The position numbers were made by a program, and so were the translations under genes. From Chiloscyllium plagiosum (lineage: Eukaryota): a stretch of DNA of 64,000 bases. This document shows, one piece after another, positions 13,221-25,805 of this stretch. Below the pieces are notes generated by a model that saw nothing but the letters and a program-made list of their open reading frames with translations, was not told the DNA's origin and ran no database searches. Numbering within the stretch: the first letter of the stretch is position 1; every line of letters starts with the position of its first letter. Location: assembly GCF_004010195.1 (NCBI RefSeq), contig NC_057719.1:55991861-56055860 (forward strand). The letters are read 5' to 3'.

Positions 13221-13559
13221 CCTACTGTTTCCAACCTCCCACAATGCAAATGAGCAACAACTGAGCACCCTCTGGTTGGATGAAAGTTATGGTCTCCCTT
13301 CTCAGTATAAGGCTTCTTGGGATATTCTGTCTATGTTTCAGCGCAATGTGTAAAGCACCAAATAGAAATCCCAGTTGACAGAAGAAAGAGAAAGTAATAA
13401 GCCCCTTAGGTGCCCTCAACTTTCATACAAGTAGTTAGCCTTCTAACTGCAAACTGCTTTAGAAATGGTTCATGGTTGGGAACATGGTGTCTGGTATGTC
13501 AAGTGTATAGCCAACTCTAACCTGTCTCCTAAAGTACTGCTTCTTGATTCTAAGGTACT

Positions 13560-14365
13560 TTCCCAAAATTTGCAGATGACACAAACCTGAGTGGAATACT
13601 GAGCTGTGAGGAGAATGCAGAAATGTTGCAGAGTGATCTGCACAGGCTGAATGTATGAGGAAACGCATGGTAGATGCAGCATAATGTGGATAAATGTGAG
13701 GTTAGTAATGCAGCAGGCAGTAAAGAAGACTAATGGTATTTTGGCCTTCATAGTGAGAGGATTCAAGTATAGAAACAAGGATGTCTTACCGTACTTATAG
13801 AGGACATTGTTGAGGTCACATCTGGAATATTGTGTACAGTTTTGGTCTCCTTATCTGGGGAAGGATGCTCTTGCTATGGAGACAATACTGCAACAAGTTA
13901 ACAAAATGATTCCTAGGTTGGCAAGATTGTTATGTAGGCAAGATTGAGTCAATTAGGATTGTATTCACTGGAGATTGGAAGAATAAGGGGTGATCTCACA
14001 GGAAGTTAAAAAATTCTACCAGGACTAGATAAGTTGGATTCAGGAAGGATTATGAGGAAGATAAGAATCAGGAATCATAGTTACCAATAAGGAATAAACC
14101 TTTAAGAGTGAGATGGTGAGAAATTTATTCACCCAGAGAGTGATAAGCCTGTGGAATTCACTCCCACAGAATGCATTTGAGACCAAAATATTATATGTTT
14201 TCAAGAAGGAGACAGCTATAGCTCTTGTGGCTAAAGGGATCGGGGATAGGGGAAGAGGGTGGCATTAGGATATTAAGTTCAATGATCAGCTAGGATCATA
14301 TAGAATGGTGGAGCAGGCTCATGGTGCTGAATGGCTTTTTCCTGCTCCTACCTTCTATGTTTCAG
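13560..14365 (+). mobile_element. CR1 LINE 3' fragment
   Basis: 'KFADDT', 'RSHLEYCVQFWSP', 'LWNSLP'; tail 'ctgctcctaccttctatgtt'. Confidence 0.85.
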
Positions 14366-15464
14366 TAAAAACATTTGGTTCATAGTACAGTAGATTCACA
14401 CATTGTCTCTCGACCCTGGATGGATTATTACTCCTTTCCCATTCTGTCTGCATAATTATGTAACACTAATATTGTCATTACATCTTTATACATTATCCTC
14501 ATTATCCATTCTGCAGATGCCTCATTACTCATAAACAGTCTTTATGGCTGTAGGATTAGTCAGGAAATTTACACTTCATGATCACTTTAGAGTAGTTATA
14601 ATCACACAAAGTATATTCGTTGATTAATCTAATATGATATTAGTCTGTTTAAGTGTAGCCAATATAGACTTCAGTGCTTTAATAGCATGAATTTTGTCTT
14701 CTCCTCACTGACGAAGAACTGCACCACGGGATTTTGAACAGAGTTGAAATTACAGTTCAAATGCTGAGATGCCCGTGTTTAGCTTATTTCCATTTCAATG
14801 ACTGTTAGAACCAGCAAACTTCAAGACTGAATAAAGCTGGTTAGCGTCCTTCCACCTCGTCAACCCTTTACTGAGAACCAAGGCAATAGGAAGCGAGTTA
14901 CTGGGGAATTAATCATGATTACAACTGCAATCTACATTAGCTTTTTAATTTATAGTGGTTTACAAAATATGCAATTACATATGACTAAACACAATCTTTG
15001 TATTCGAGCGAACTTTGTCATAATTTATATTTAAGTTTGGAACTGCATAATCTTTTAGACTTTCATCACTCAAAACAAAGTATTGACTGAATGTGTAAGA
15101 AAATTTCACTATTTCAGTCCTTTTATAATATTCTGCATAACTATTTGTTTGGATTAGGACTTTGAAATCTTCTCTATTAGTTTTATATAGTTTTGAAGTT
15201 ATAAGCCATTGTTTACACTATATCCTTAGTCTTAAAATGAGCAATTGATTCTAGCCACTCAGTCATAGAGATGTAAAAGAATCACCTCACATTTGGCCCT
15301 AAGAAAGAACAAATAGTCAGTGATAAGTGTTTGATTTAATGGAAACTTGCACCAATTAATCAGAAATTGAAACAATAAACAAAGAGTATTAATAACTGCA
15401 TTCTTATAGCATACATCTCCCTTTCCTAATATAAATGGATAAAGAAGGTATCAAATTATCCTCT

Positions 15465-15830
15465 TCGAGTCATAGAGGTTTATAGCATGGAAACAGGCTC
15501 TTCAGCCCAACTTCTTCATGCTGCCCAGTTTTCACAATAAATCGAGTTCCATTTGCCTGTGTTGGGTCCATATCCCTTCATACCTGGGTAAAAAAGGCTT
15601 TTGCCCGAAACGTTGATTTTACTGCTCTTCGGATGCTGCCTGAACTGCTGTCCTCTTCCAGCACCACTAATCCAGAATCCCTTCATACCTGTCCCATCCA
15701 CGTACCTGTCCAAATGTTTCATAAATGACAAAAATGACATAAATGACAACTCTACCACTACCTTTGAACCCTTTTGTATCTCTTCCCTCTCGCCCTCCAG
15801 TTTTAGACTCCTCTACCATGGGGATTATCT
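15465..15830 (-). mobile_element. HER1 3' fragment hosting a PLE-terminus insertion
   Basis: 'gagtcatagag...gcatggaaacaggc' tail in reverse orientation. Confidence 0.8.
15587..15676 (+). mobile_element. Short PLE terminal-repeat insertion (partial hammerhead)
   Basis: 'ggcttttgcccgaaacgttgatt...ggatgctgcctgaactgctg'; perfect 15-bp TSD atcccttcatacctg at 15572-15586 and 15677-15691. Confidence 0.85.
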
Positions 15831-16637
15831 TAGCAAAGGGTCATAAAAATTGCAATAACAAAGCATAGTGCAGAGGATGCGCATGGAGGTATTTGATAAC
15901 TTAAGAAATAAATCAGTAGATAATGAAAAGTGAGATCAGTAAGTGACCATTACTTTTAAGGAAACCAATTCCCAGCCTCTTCCAAGTTGACCATGAACTG
16001 TTCATACGCTCTGCGCACACTAATTTACCAATAAAGAGTCTAATCATACAACCTCTGGACTAGTCAGGGTTGAGAAACACCTCCCATTACACTATGGTAG
16101 TAGTTTGGAAAAATTTAACTTTTCAGCAGCTGTGTGTGCAGTAAGAAGGTAGAAGAAGGAAGAAGAGACAGTACCCCAGCCAACTGAGGTTTGGCATTCC
16201 ATTGTGTAACAGCTGAGCCCATTGTCTGGTTAAGTGTCATTTCTGTTGCATTTATTTTGATAGCTTAATCAATTGGTGAAACTTTTCTAAACATACTTGC
16301 ATCCATAGCAGTCTCATACTTCATTTGACCTTGAGTTCTATGATTCAACTTAAATAGGATTTTAGAATCTACATTGCTTGTGAACACCTTTTCCTCAAAG
16401 CCTCAGACTTCATGGGATTGATCTTCATGGTGTTTCGACCAATCTCCTTGATCTGGTTTTGTCTCTCTCTGAGATCTGGGATGCTCTGCACTATGCGGCA
16501 CGGTGGCACAGGTGTGGTTGTCAAGCTCTCTTGTACCACTTCTTCTGAGGAATAGTTCCACATTTCTATTGGATTTTCATTCAACCAGATCAATACGTTC
16601 TGGATGTAGGTTTGCTCACTGAGCTGGAAGGTCCATT

Positions 16638-16678
16638 TTCAGACATTTCGTCACCATACTAGGTAACATCATCAGTGA
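16638..16678 (-). ncRNA. Hammerhead ribozyme motif
   Basis: Reverse complement: tca-CTGATGA-t-gttacc-tagtat-ggtgac-GAAA-t-GTC-tga. Confidence 0.72.
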
Positions 16679-17030
16679 GCCTCCGGATGAAGCACTGGTG
16701 GCATGGCCCGCTTTCTATTTGTGTTTAGGTTTCCTTGGGTTGGTAATGTCTTTTCCTGTGGTGATGTCATTTCCTGTTCTTTTTCTCAGGGAGTGGTAAA
16801 TGGGTTCCAAGTCAATGTGTTTGTTGATAGAGTTCCGGTTGGAAAACCATGCTTCTAGGAACTCTCATGCAAGTCTGTTTGGCTTGTCCTCAGTTGGATG
16901 TGTTGTCCAGTCGAAGTGGTGTCCTTCCTCATCTGTATGTAAGGATACTAGTGAGAGTGGGTCATGCCTTTTTGTGGATGGCTGATGTTCATGTATTCTG
17001 GTGGCTAGGATACATGAACATCAACTAGAT

Positions 17031-17335
17031 GGGCAGCATGGTGGCACAGTGGTTAGCACTGCTGCCTCACAGCGCCAGAGACCCGGGTTCAATTCCTGCC
17101 TCAGTCTGTGTGGAGTTTGCACATTCTCCCTGTGTCTGCGTGGGTTTGCTCCGGTTTCCTCCCATAGTCCAAAGATGTGCAGGTTAGGTGAATTGGCCAT
17201 GCTAATTTGCCCGTAGTGTTAGGTGAAGGAGTAAATGTAGGGGAATGGGTCTGAGTGGGTTGCTCTTCAGAGGGTTGGTGTGGACTTATTGGGCCGAAGG
17301 GCCTGTTTCCACACTTTAAGTAATCTAATCTAATC
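17031..17335 (+). mobile_element. HE1 V-SINE inside the fold-back PLE
   Basis: A and B boxes, V-domain, (ctaat)n tail. Confidence 0.92.
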
Positions 17336-17499
17336 AACCAGAACTATATCAACAGACACATTGACTTGGATCCCATTTACTACTCCCTGAGAAAAAGAAC
17401 AGGAAATGACATCACCACAGGAAATGACATCATCAACCCAAGCAAACTAAAACACATAAATAGAAAGTGGGCCATGCCATCAGTGCTTCATCCGGAGGC

Positions 17500-17540
17500 T
17501 CACTGATGACGTTACCTAGTATGGTGACGAAATGTCCGAA
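17500..17540 (+). ncRNA. Hammerhead ribozyme motif
   Basis: tca-CTGATGA-c-gttacc-tagtat-ggtgac-GAAA-t-GTC. Confidence 0.7.
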
Positions 17541-17874
17541 AACGAACCTTCCAGCTCAGTGAGCAAACCTACATCCAGATTCTCAACCCGACCTACAAAT
17601 CTTCTCAAAACTCGCTAATGTCAATACATTACAATTTCACTTCATTATGCTTTGACCTGTGATTTTTGTTGCTGTACTTCTCCGAAGATCATTTCTTCTC
17701 TGTCGATCTTCTCATATGCCTTGGTAGTATCTGTGATAAGTTTCAGGTTCAGCAACTTTTGATGAGCCTTGTTGACTCTTTGTTTTTCTTCATACTATAT
17801 CACTCTGTCATGGTCATTCTCAGAGATGTTTGCCTATAGCTTCTAAGACTAAGGTTTCATTCTCTCTGAAGAAT

Positions 17875-18515
17875 AATGATGGTATAGTGGTAATGTGGCT
17901 GAATTAGGAAGAGAGACATCTATGCTAAAGTTCTGCTGTCATGGGTTCAAATTCTCTCATAACATCTGGTGAAATTTAAATTCAATTAATAAATCTGGAA
18001 TATAAAGCTGATATCAATAATGATGCCCAAGAAACTATCAGCAATTGTCATTAAAAAAAACTCTGATTCGCTATGGGGCAGCATGGCGGCTCAGTGGTTA
18101 GCACTGCTACCTCACAAAGCCAGGGACCCGGGTTCAATTCCCACCTTGGGCAACTGTCTGTGTGGAATTTGCACACTCTCCCTATGTCTCCATGGGTTTC
18201 CTCCAGGTGCTCTGGTTTCTTCCCACAATCCAAAGATGTACAGGTTAGGTGAATTGGCCATGCTAAATTGCCCATGTATTAGTCAGGGGTAAATATAGGG
18301 AAGAGGAATGGATCTGGGTGGGTTACTCTTTGGAGGGGACTTGTTGGGCCAAAGGACCTGTTTCCATACTGTAGGGAATCTAACCTAAATCCTTCATAGA
18401 CATCCTTCTCTGGCCTACATGTGATTTCAGACCCAAAGTAATGTGATTACTCTCAATTGCCTTTTGAAATGGTCCTAATCAGTTCAAACAAATGCTGGCC
18501 TGGTCAGAATATGAA
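17875..18515 (+). mobile_element. tRNA-derived SINE sharing its tail with family-2 LINE, interrupted by HE1
   Basis: Head 'ggtatagtggtaat...gggttcaaattc'; tail 'aaatgctggcc'; similar copies at 23200 and 52540. Confidence 0.7.
18075..18390 (+). mobile_element. HE1 V-SINE
   Basis: A and B boxes, V-domain, HER1-like tail. Confidence 0.9.
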
Positions 18516-19589
18516 AGAATAAGTTAAATAAAACTGCCAGCATCTTAAAAATATACATTCTTAGACTCTGTTTAATGTCTGCTCCCTTATTGTTCTCTCT
18601 ACATAATTATGTGACACTGACTTTAGTATTATAATGTTATATGTTCTGCTGATATCCCATTATGCTGCAGCAATGAGCCAATATAGAAACCAGTGCTGCA
18701 TGTTGGAGGCGCCTGACTCCATGGCCAACTGCAAATCCCATTTGCATGGAGAGATTTTCTAATAGTATTAGTGATCAAGGGCAGGACTACAGTGGAATAC
18801 TTCCATGTTAGCTTCAGGGAAGAGTATAATATTATGCACCCAACTAGGCCGGCTATCCAAGGTCAGTAAATTTCTTAGAAAGGAACTAGAGGCCTTCATA
18901 CTCTCAGTGGTTCAGTATTTAGACACCATTCATTTCCTTCTAATCCATTACAGTTAATGTTGTGGTTTTTCAACAGATAATGGTGAATATTTTATGTGAC
19001 TTGGTTTTTGTAAGCAGCTAAATTCTGCAGGCTAAGAGGTTCACAAATACGGGTAGAAATTGATGGAATTCATGTTGCCTTCAAATCCCTGTAAAACAGC
19101 TGTTTGATGATTGGCAATGTTAATTATATCAATATTCAGCTCATATTATGATGTCAATTATCTCATCTAACATATTAATACCTTTTAGCCAGGAAGCTCG
19201 CATGATAATTTTATCACATGACAAACCACTGATGACCCAAAACCATATATAATGTTGTTTGATTGATATCTAGGGATATCCCCTGCAGTGACGATTAATG
19301 ATTCCAGTAATATGTCATCACATTAAACAGGAAAATATACAACACATATAATGAAGCCAATGGGACTACAAGGACTGTGATAAAGTAAACCACTAGAATT
19401 CTGCAATCTTCTGTCAAGTATTTGTACAAATCTTGTACATGAGCAAAATTTCCAGAACAACCATTGCATAATGCACATAGGATTGCTATTTTCTAACATT
19501 TGAGAAATGAACAGCTAAAACCCTTTCCTGATGATTAATTTTTCCTTCCTAATGACCTCGACTGCCTCATTAAGATCTGTGCTGTAAAG

Positions 19590-19950
19590 AACATTTATCT
19601 TGCCACAATGGCAGCAGTGTGTACCAAGTAAAAAATGCATTGCAAATACTAGTCAAGTCTCCTTCAACCAAGACTTTTATGCCCAGAACTTCCACCTCCA
19701 AAAGGACACGAGCATGGGGCACAGTACTAATTGCAAGTTCCCCTCAAGCCATATATTATGCTGACTTAGAGGTATATTGCCATTTTTATTCGGTTCAAAA
19801 CCCTCTCTAACAGGGCTGTGGGTGCACATGCACTGGCTGGAATAGCTGAAGAAAGTGAAGGTACCTCACAACCGCTTTCTCAAGAGCAAGTCAGAATCGA
19901 CAGCAAATGTTGATCTTGTTCTATATGCTCACATTCCTTGAAAGAATAAA
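19590..19950 (+). mobile_element. Family-2 LINE 3' fragment (old)
   Basis: 'gcagcagtgtgtacc...gcaagttcccctcaagcca'. Confidence 0.65.
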
Positions 19951-20139
19951 ATAGAGTCCGCAAATTCTCAACCTTGATCATTTGGATGGGTTGCTGCAGT
20001 TTGTCTTGTATATGGTCTGCTGTCACTGAGCACAATTGGCAAGATCTAGATATTTTTGCAACAGAGCTCTTAATGATGCATTTGGGACATGAGATGGAAA
20101 ATTAATGCTGAAACTAAAATTAAAGGAACAGTTATATAG

Positions 20140-20484
20140 TTCTAAGTCAGAATATTGTGTGGCTTGGAGGGGAACTTGCGGTGGTGTTGTTCCCACGTAT
20201 TCTTTGCCCTTGTCCTTCTAGGTGTTAGGTGTAGCACAGAAGAAAGCAGTTGCCGAAGGACCCTTGTCACAGTGCATCTTGCAGATGCAGCATAATGCTG
20301 CATAAACGTTTAATAAGATGGTGGATATGGTGCTGATAATGCAAACTGCTTTGACTTGATGGTATTAAGCTTTTTGAGTGATGTTGGAGCTGAACTCATC
20401 CAGACAGATGGGGAGTACCTGACACACTCCTGACTTGCACCTTGTAGATGACAGATTGGTTCTGGAGAGTCAGGAGGTGAGTTA
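20140..20484 (-). mobile_element. Family-2 LINE fragment
   Basis: 'YSPSVWMSSAPTSLKKLNTI'. Confidence 0.7.
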
Positions 20485-20960
20485 CATAGAGTCATAGAGC
20501 TGTACAGCACATAAACAAACCCTTCAGTCCAAGACATCTATGCCGACCATTTATTCTAAATTAATCTAGTCCCATTTACCATTATTTGGCCCATATCCCT
20601 CCAAACCCTCCTTATTCATATACCCATACAGATGCCTTTTAAATGCTGTAATTGTACTAGCCTCCACCAGTTCCTCTGGCAGCTTTATCCATACATGCAC
20701 TACCCTCTGAGTGAAAAAGGTCCTTTAGGTCCCTTTAAAATCTTGCCCCTCTCACCCTAAACCTATGCCCTCTAGTTTTGAACTCCCCCATCCCTGAGAA
20801 AAAATCTTATCCATTCACACCATCCATGCCCCTCATGATTTTAGAAACCTCTATAATGTCATGCCTCAGCCTCATATACTGTACAGCTGCAGCATGACGT
20901 TCCAACTCGTGTATTCAATGCTCTGACCAATAAAGAAAATCATATCAAATGCCTTCTATC
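20485..20960 (-). mobile_element. HER1 3' fragment
   Basis: Reverse-oriented tail 'catagagtcatagag' and ORF2 end. Confidence 0.85.
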
Positions 20961-20974
20961 TTTCGCTCTTTGAA

Positions 20975-21410
20975 AATTCATACTTCATTGATCAAGAATT
21001 AATGGAGAAGTCGAAAGATTTATGTCTATCTTGAAAAAATTAATGGGTACAACCATAGCTGACAGAAAGTCCTGGAAGGAAGAGTTGTATTGCATTCTTT
21101 ACCATTACATAATAAACTCTGCTCAATTACCAGAAGGTCTACAGCTATACCTATCTTTACACAACCCATATTGACATGTCTTCTTTAGTTATGCTATGGA
21201 ATGAACAATCTACATGAATGTACAGAGCAAAACATGAAAGTCAGATGACAATGTAACCAGGCAATAAAGTGCTTGTGAAATGTGATGGCCATGTTGGAAA
21301 GCAAACATCCTCAACAATATTTTAATGTTTTTCACAACAAGTATTTCAATGATCACTGCAAATCGGGGTTCACAAATCATCACATGAAATTTGTCAAAGT
21401 ACTAAAAGTA
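20975..21410 (+). mobile_element. Ancient Gypsy (Ty3) integrase remnant
   Basis: From 21001: 'NGEVERFMSILKKLMGTTIADRKSWKEELYCILYHY'; later 'SMITANRGSQIIT*N'. These match the integrase NG.VER motif and C-terminus. Confidence 0.75.
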
Positions 21411-21429
21411 CCATTCATGAACATAGTAA

Positions 21430-22700
21430 TGCAGAAAATAGGGTAACAGGAGATTCTTCGAATCTTCAATATGATCATGGCTGATTATCTAAGTCAGTAT
21501 CCCTTTCCTGCCCTCTCCCCATACCATTGATATCTTTAGTTCTAAGAATTATATCTAACTCCTTCTTGAAAACATTGAATGTTTAGCCATTAATTACTTT
21601 CTGTGGCAAATAGTGGAAAAGATAATTCTTCTCATCTTAGTCATAACTGGACTACACTACCTTTACAATCTGAACCCAGGTTCTGGACTTCCCAGTTAGT
21701 CATTTGGAATATCCTTTCTGCCCTGTACAATTGCAACCACGCATCCCTGCTCCTGTACTCAAATCCTCAAACTAAGTAGGCCATTATACCTTTCCCTTTC
21801 TTCACTGCCTACTGATTATGCATGCCTATCTTCAGTGATTGGTGCATAAGGTCCCAGATCTCATTGTACCTCTCCCTCTCCCAATCTGTCACTAATCAGA
21901 TGATAAATCAGACTTCAAAAACAAAATTTGCTGGAAATTCTCAGCAGGTCTGGCAGAATTTGCAGAGAGAAAGCAGGGTTAACACTTTGGGTCCATTCTC
22001 CCTTCTTCAGAACTGATTGTAGCTGGGAAAAGATTGGGTAGACAAGAGGAACCTCGATTATCCAAAGGACACAGGTGGGGAATATTTTGTTCAGTTAATC
22101 GAATGCCGGATATCAAATGCCGAATAACATAGTTTAACCAAGCATCCAGATCTTGAAATCTTGTCCAGAGAATCTGAAATTCGGATAATCAAATGCCGGA
22201 TAATTGAGGTTCCTTTGTATATGCTGAAGATAGGTGGGGGAGGGCGAAGGAGTAGACGATAGGTGAAAATAGGGCCCAAATGAAGAGAAACATAATTGTA
22301 CAGACAAAGGAATGAGTATAGGTCAGCCTGTGATAAAGAATTGCTGCTAATGAGGAACATTAGTACTTGATAATAAGCTGTCTCTGGTAGCAGCCCATGT
22401 GATGACAAGGTGTGGGGGTTGGGATAAGAATATGGGGGAGATGCCCAACACTATCAATCAGCCATCCTGTTCTTGCCCACTCACCCAACTTGCCCAAATC
22501 ACACAGAAGCATCTCTGCATCCTCCTCATCTTTCAGCATTCCATCTAACTTAATCTGCAAATTTGGAGATGTTATATTTATCTCCCTCATCTAATCATGA
22601 ATAAATATTGTGATTAACTGGGGTCCAAGGCTGACCCTTGCAGTATCCCACTAGTCAGTGCTCCCTGCCACTCAGAGAAAGACCCATTTCTTTTACCTCA
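21430..22700 (-). mobile_element. CR1 fragment with nested PLE terminus (about 21915-22430) and MITE
   Basis: CR1 motifs such as 'gcaaatttggagatg' and 'gtatcccactagtca'; PLE-like 'ttgctggaaattctcagcaggtctggcag...ccttcttcagaa'. Confidence 0.65.
22042..22217. mobile_element. Tigger-like MITE (same family as 3593-3730)
   Basis: Termini agaggaacctcgattatcc / ggataattgaggttccttt; TA at the right end. Confidence 0.8.
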
Positions 22701-23199
22701 TTTCTGAGTCTAGTCTGTATGGGTGCAGAGTTATGGCTCATTTAATGGCGATGCTTTGGTTGCTGCCAGTTTCTTGTGGACACAACACTACGTGACAGAA
22801 GTTTCTGCATGTCTCAGGCCATATGTATTATTAATATATATGCCCCAATCCCATGACATGCATGACATTCCAATTACTGTTTAGAACTACCCGACAACCA
22901 CCTCCCTAAGATCCCTGACAGGACTTGCCCTTTCCAACTGTTGGTTTACCTCATTTTTTTGTACAGTCTTAAGTATAATGCACTTTATCAATTGTTTCCC
23001 ACAGCTTGCCGGTTCATTTAAATAATCTTAAGATTCTGCTAATTATTTGTAGCTGGAATGGATAAATGGCTAACACACTCCATTAGTCAATTGGTCCAAG
23101 CGACAAAAAAACATTCATTTGTATCTCACAAGAATCATCATGAGCAATCCAAATCCAATAACCCATGATTTTGCAAGAAAAGGTAACTTTGGAGATGCT

Positions 23200-23585
23200 T
23201 TTTTTTCAGTCATGGGACATTGGTATCACTGCTGGCCAATATTTATTGGCCTTCCCAAACTGCGCTTGAACTGAGTGGTTTGCTCGGTCATTTCAGGGGG
23301 TGATTGAGAGTCAATCACATTACTGTGGCTCTGGAGTCACATGGAGACCCCTCCAGATGAGAATGGCAGATTTCCTCCCCTGAAAGACATTAGTAAGTCA
23401 ACTCAGTTTTTTGACAATAAGCAATGGTTTCATGGGCATTAGTAAATTCATAGTTCAAGATTTCTTATATTGAATTCAATTTCCACCATCTTTGTGGAGA
23501 GTTGCAAACGTTGGTCCTTAGGACAAGAGCTGAGTTTCTGGATTAATAGTCTAGTGGTAATACGACTTGGCTACCACCTGCCCTA
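23200..23585 (-). mobile_element. tRNA-derived SINE (partner of family-2 LINE)
   Basis: Reverse-oriented tail 'gctggccaatatttatt'; body matches 17875-18515. Confidence 0.7.
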
Positions 23586-23779
23586 GTGACCTTTGGAGAC
23601 AGCAGTTTCACTAAGATCAGATTTGTTGTTAGATAGTCTTGTAAGATACCTTGGTTTTCTGCAAATTCAATTTGATGATATCCTGCATTGAGGTCAAGTT
23701 TAGTAAAGTGTTTCTCTATCAACTGTTATCAATTTCTGTGTTTACCATGTTTTGCTCTGATGGAATTGTATAGGTTTCT

Positions 23780-24560
23780 CTGAGATACTCCCTTCCTAAT
23801 ACTGAAACAATCCATGTTCACATGCAGCAAGCCAACAGGTAGACTTGGGTTGAAATTAGAAGGTAATGTTCATGCCATGTAAGTGCCAGATAATGACCAT
23901 CTCCAATAAGAGAGAATCTAACCATCACCCCTTGACATTCAAGAAATTGCCATCACTGAATTCTCTACTGTAGCATTCTGCGGGTTACCATTGACAGGAT
24001 ATGAATTGGGCATTGGATGGTGACTTGGATAGTAATGTTGCACAAGGGTATGTGGACAAGGCAAGAGATTAGCACAAGATAATAGAGCCAGTGCAGACCC
24101 GATGAACAGAATGATCTCCTCCTGCATTCCTATGTTTACTGCGCTGCAAAGGCAGGTCAAAGACCAAGAATTCTGTGGTAACTAATTCAGCTCCTCATTG
24201 CCCAAAGCCTGTCCAGCATCAACAAGGAATAATTCAGGAGTGTAATGGATATCCCTCACTTGCCTGGATGTCTCAACACCATCCGAGACAAAGCAGTTCG
24301 TTTGATTTGAAGCCCCATCCACCCATCACCTTCAGTTTTCACTTCCTCGATCACACACAGCACCATTTACATTATGAACACCAGCAACTTGTTAGAGCTC
24401 CTTAGACAGCACCTTCCAGACACATGACCTCAAGAACATGGAAGGATTTGTCAGCAGATGCACCACCACCTGCAAGTTCTCATCTAGGTCACACAGTACT
24501 CTGACTAGGAACAATATAATTCCTTCTTCACTAGCCAGGTCACCATCCTCAAATTCCCTT
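23780..24560 (+). mobile_element. Family-2 LINE ORF2 3' fragment
   Basis: 'accatctccaataagagagaatctaaccatcacccc', 'ccctcacttgcctggatg'. Confidence 0.7.
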
Positions 24561-25384
24561 CCTTTGATTATTTGAGTTTCAATTTTGTGTTCAACATCAT
24601 CAACATCACCAAAGTCATACTTGGCTGATAGTTGTCTCAAGCAAATGCAATTTTGATCCATTGTCTCATTTCTTTGTTGCTTTAGACATTAGGACGATTT
24701 TTTTTGGAATTTCTTTTCTAAATTGTGAACAAGGTTGCCAGTGCATTTGCAGCTCAGTTGAAATTATTTTGTTCAGAAGCAGGCATCACAAAAATATTTT
24801 CCAATTGTTCAGTGTCTAGTGGAGAAGATAGCCTTTTTGTATTTGTTATCGATGACAGTAAAACCTGTCATTTTATCCTCCAAATGTCAGAGCCAGTTTT
24901 GCCAACATGGGAATATAAATTATGGCTGCAAATGTACTTTAAAAGCTGCTAGATTGATCTTTGACAATGCCACATTCATCAGTATAGTGACAAACACTTG
25001 CTGTAAAAGTGCTCCTGGTTGTTAGATGGGAGTCTATCTGCACTTAATACAACCTAAGTTGGCTCTGTGTCTGCAACATAAAGTGCTATTTCTCTGCAGC
25101 AGTTTGGGAAATCCTTTCAAAAAGGTTTATACCTGGAAGCAATTCTCCTTATTTTGTAATGTCAGCATTACTTGGGACCTAAAACAGCCAAAACAACATA
25201 TTTTAAATTGCACAAGCCAGCAATGGTGTCTTTCATTAAACTGCTTCTTCAGGCCCCCCCCCCCTGCTGGTACAAACGTGTATAACAGTAACAAGTGAAC
25301 CAGAATGTACTTTGCGCCTTTCAAAGTATTATGCATTACATAATAGGTGGGGTGGCAGACTTCTGACATTAAACTGACATTAGG

Positions 25385-25805
25385 TGTCATGGTGGCACAG
25401 TGGTTAGCACAGTTGCCTCACAGTTACAGGGCTGAAAATGTGTTGCTGGAAAAACGCAGCAGGTCATGCAGCATCCAAGGAACAGAAGAATCGACATTTC
25501 GGGCATAAGCCCTTCTTCAGGAATCAAGAAGGGCTCATGCCCGAAACGTCGATTCTCCTGTTCCTTGGATGCTGCCTGACCTGCTGCACTTTTCCAGCAA
25601 CACATTTTCAGCTCTGATCTCCAGCATCTGCAGCCCTCACTTTCTCTCACAGTACCAGGGAACTAGATTCAATTTCAGCTTTGGGCGACTGTATGTGTGG
25701 AGTTTGTACGTTCTCCTCGTGTCTGTGTGGCATTCCACCAGGTGCCCCAGTTTCCTCCCACAGTCCAAAGATATGCAGGTTAGGTGGATCTAGCCATGGT
25801 AAAGA
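25385..25805 (+). mobile_element. HE1 V-SINE split in its tRNA head by a palindromic PLE insertion
   Basis: Head 25385-25424 resumes at 25646; V-domain follows. Confidence 0.85.
25425..25645. mobile_element. Palindromic PLE terminal-repeat mini-element
   Basis: Inverted arms 25431-25524 and 25526-25612; TSD ctcacagt at 25417-25424 and 25646-25653; hammerhead core on the minus strand at 25490-25524. Confidence 0.88.

Larger units (their letters stand above)
16600..17620. mobile_element. Fold-back Penelope-like insertion (minus arm 16600-17000, plus arm 17007-17620)
   Basis: Arms are reverse complements and match the 5790-6280 PLE ('RIHEHQL'); TSD tcaatacRtt at 16590-16599 and 17621-17630. 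Confidence 0.88.
16386..17840 (-). mobile_element. Possible ancient Gypsy pol C-terminus and polypurine tract, split by the PLE
   Basis: Minus-strand remnants 'KVAEPETY' and 'KTRSRRLVETP*R' resemble Gypsy integrase ends (EPRSY.., TRSGR.VKPP.R). They are followed by gaggaaaagg|TG at about 16386. Confidence 0.35.

Noticed and set aside
14706..14750. CTGACGA...GAAA as another hammerhead
   Set aside because: No stem II pairing and no downstream NUH with stem I.
25425..25645. Palindromes as DNA-transposon MITEs, CRISPR repeats or terminators
   Set aside because: The arms are asymmetric, TSD lengths vary (8-16 bp), and the sequence matches PLE 3' ends; the context is eukaryotic.
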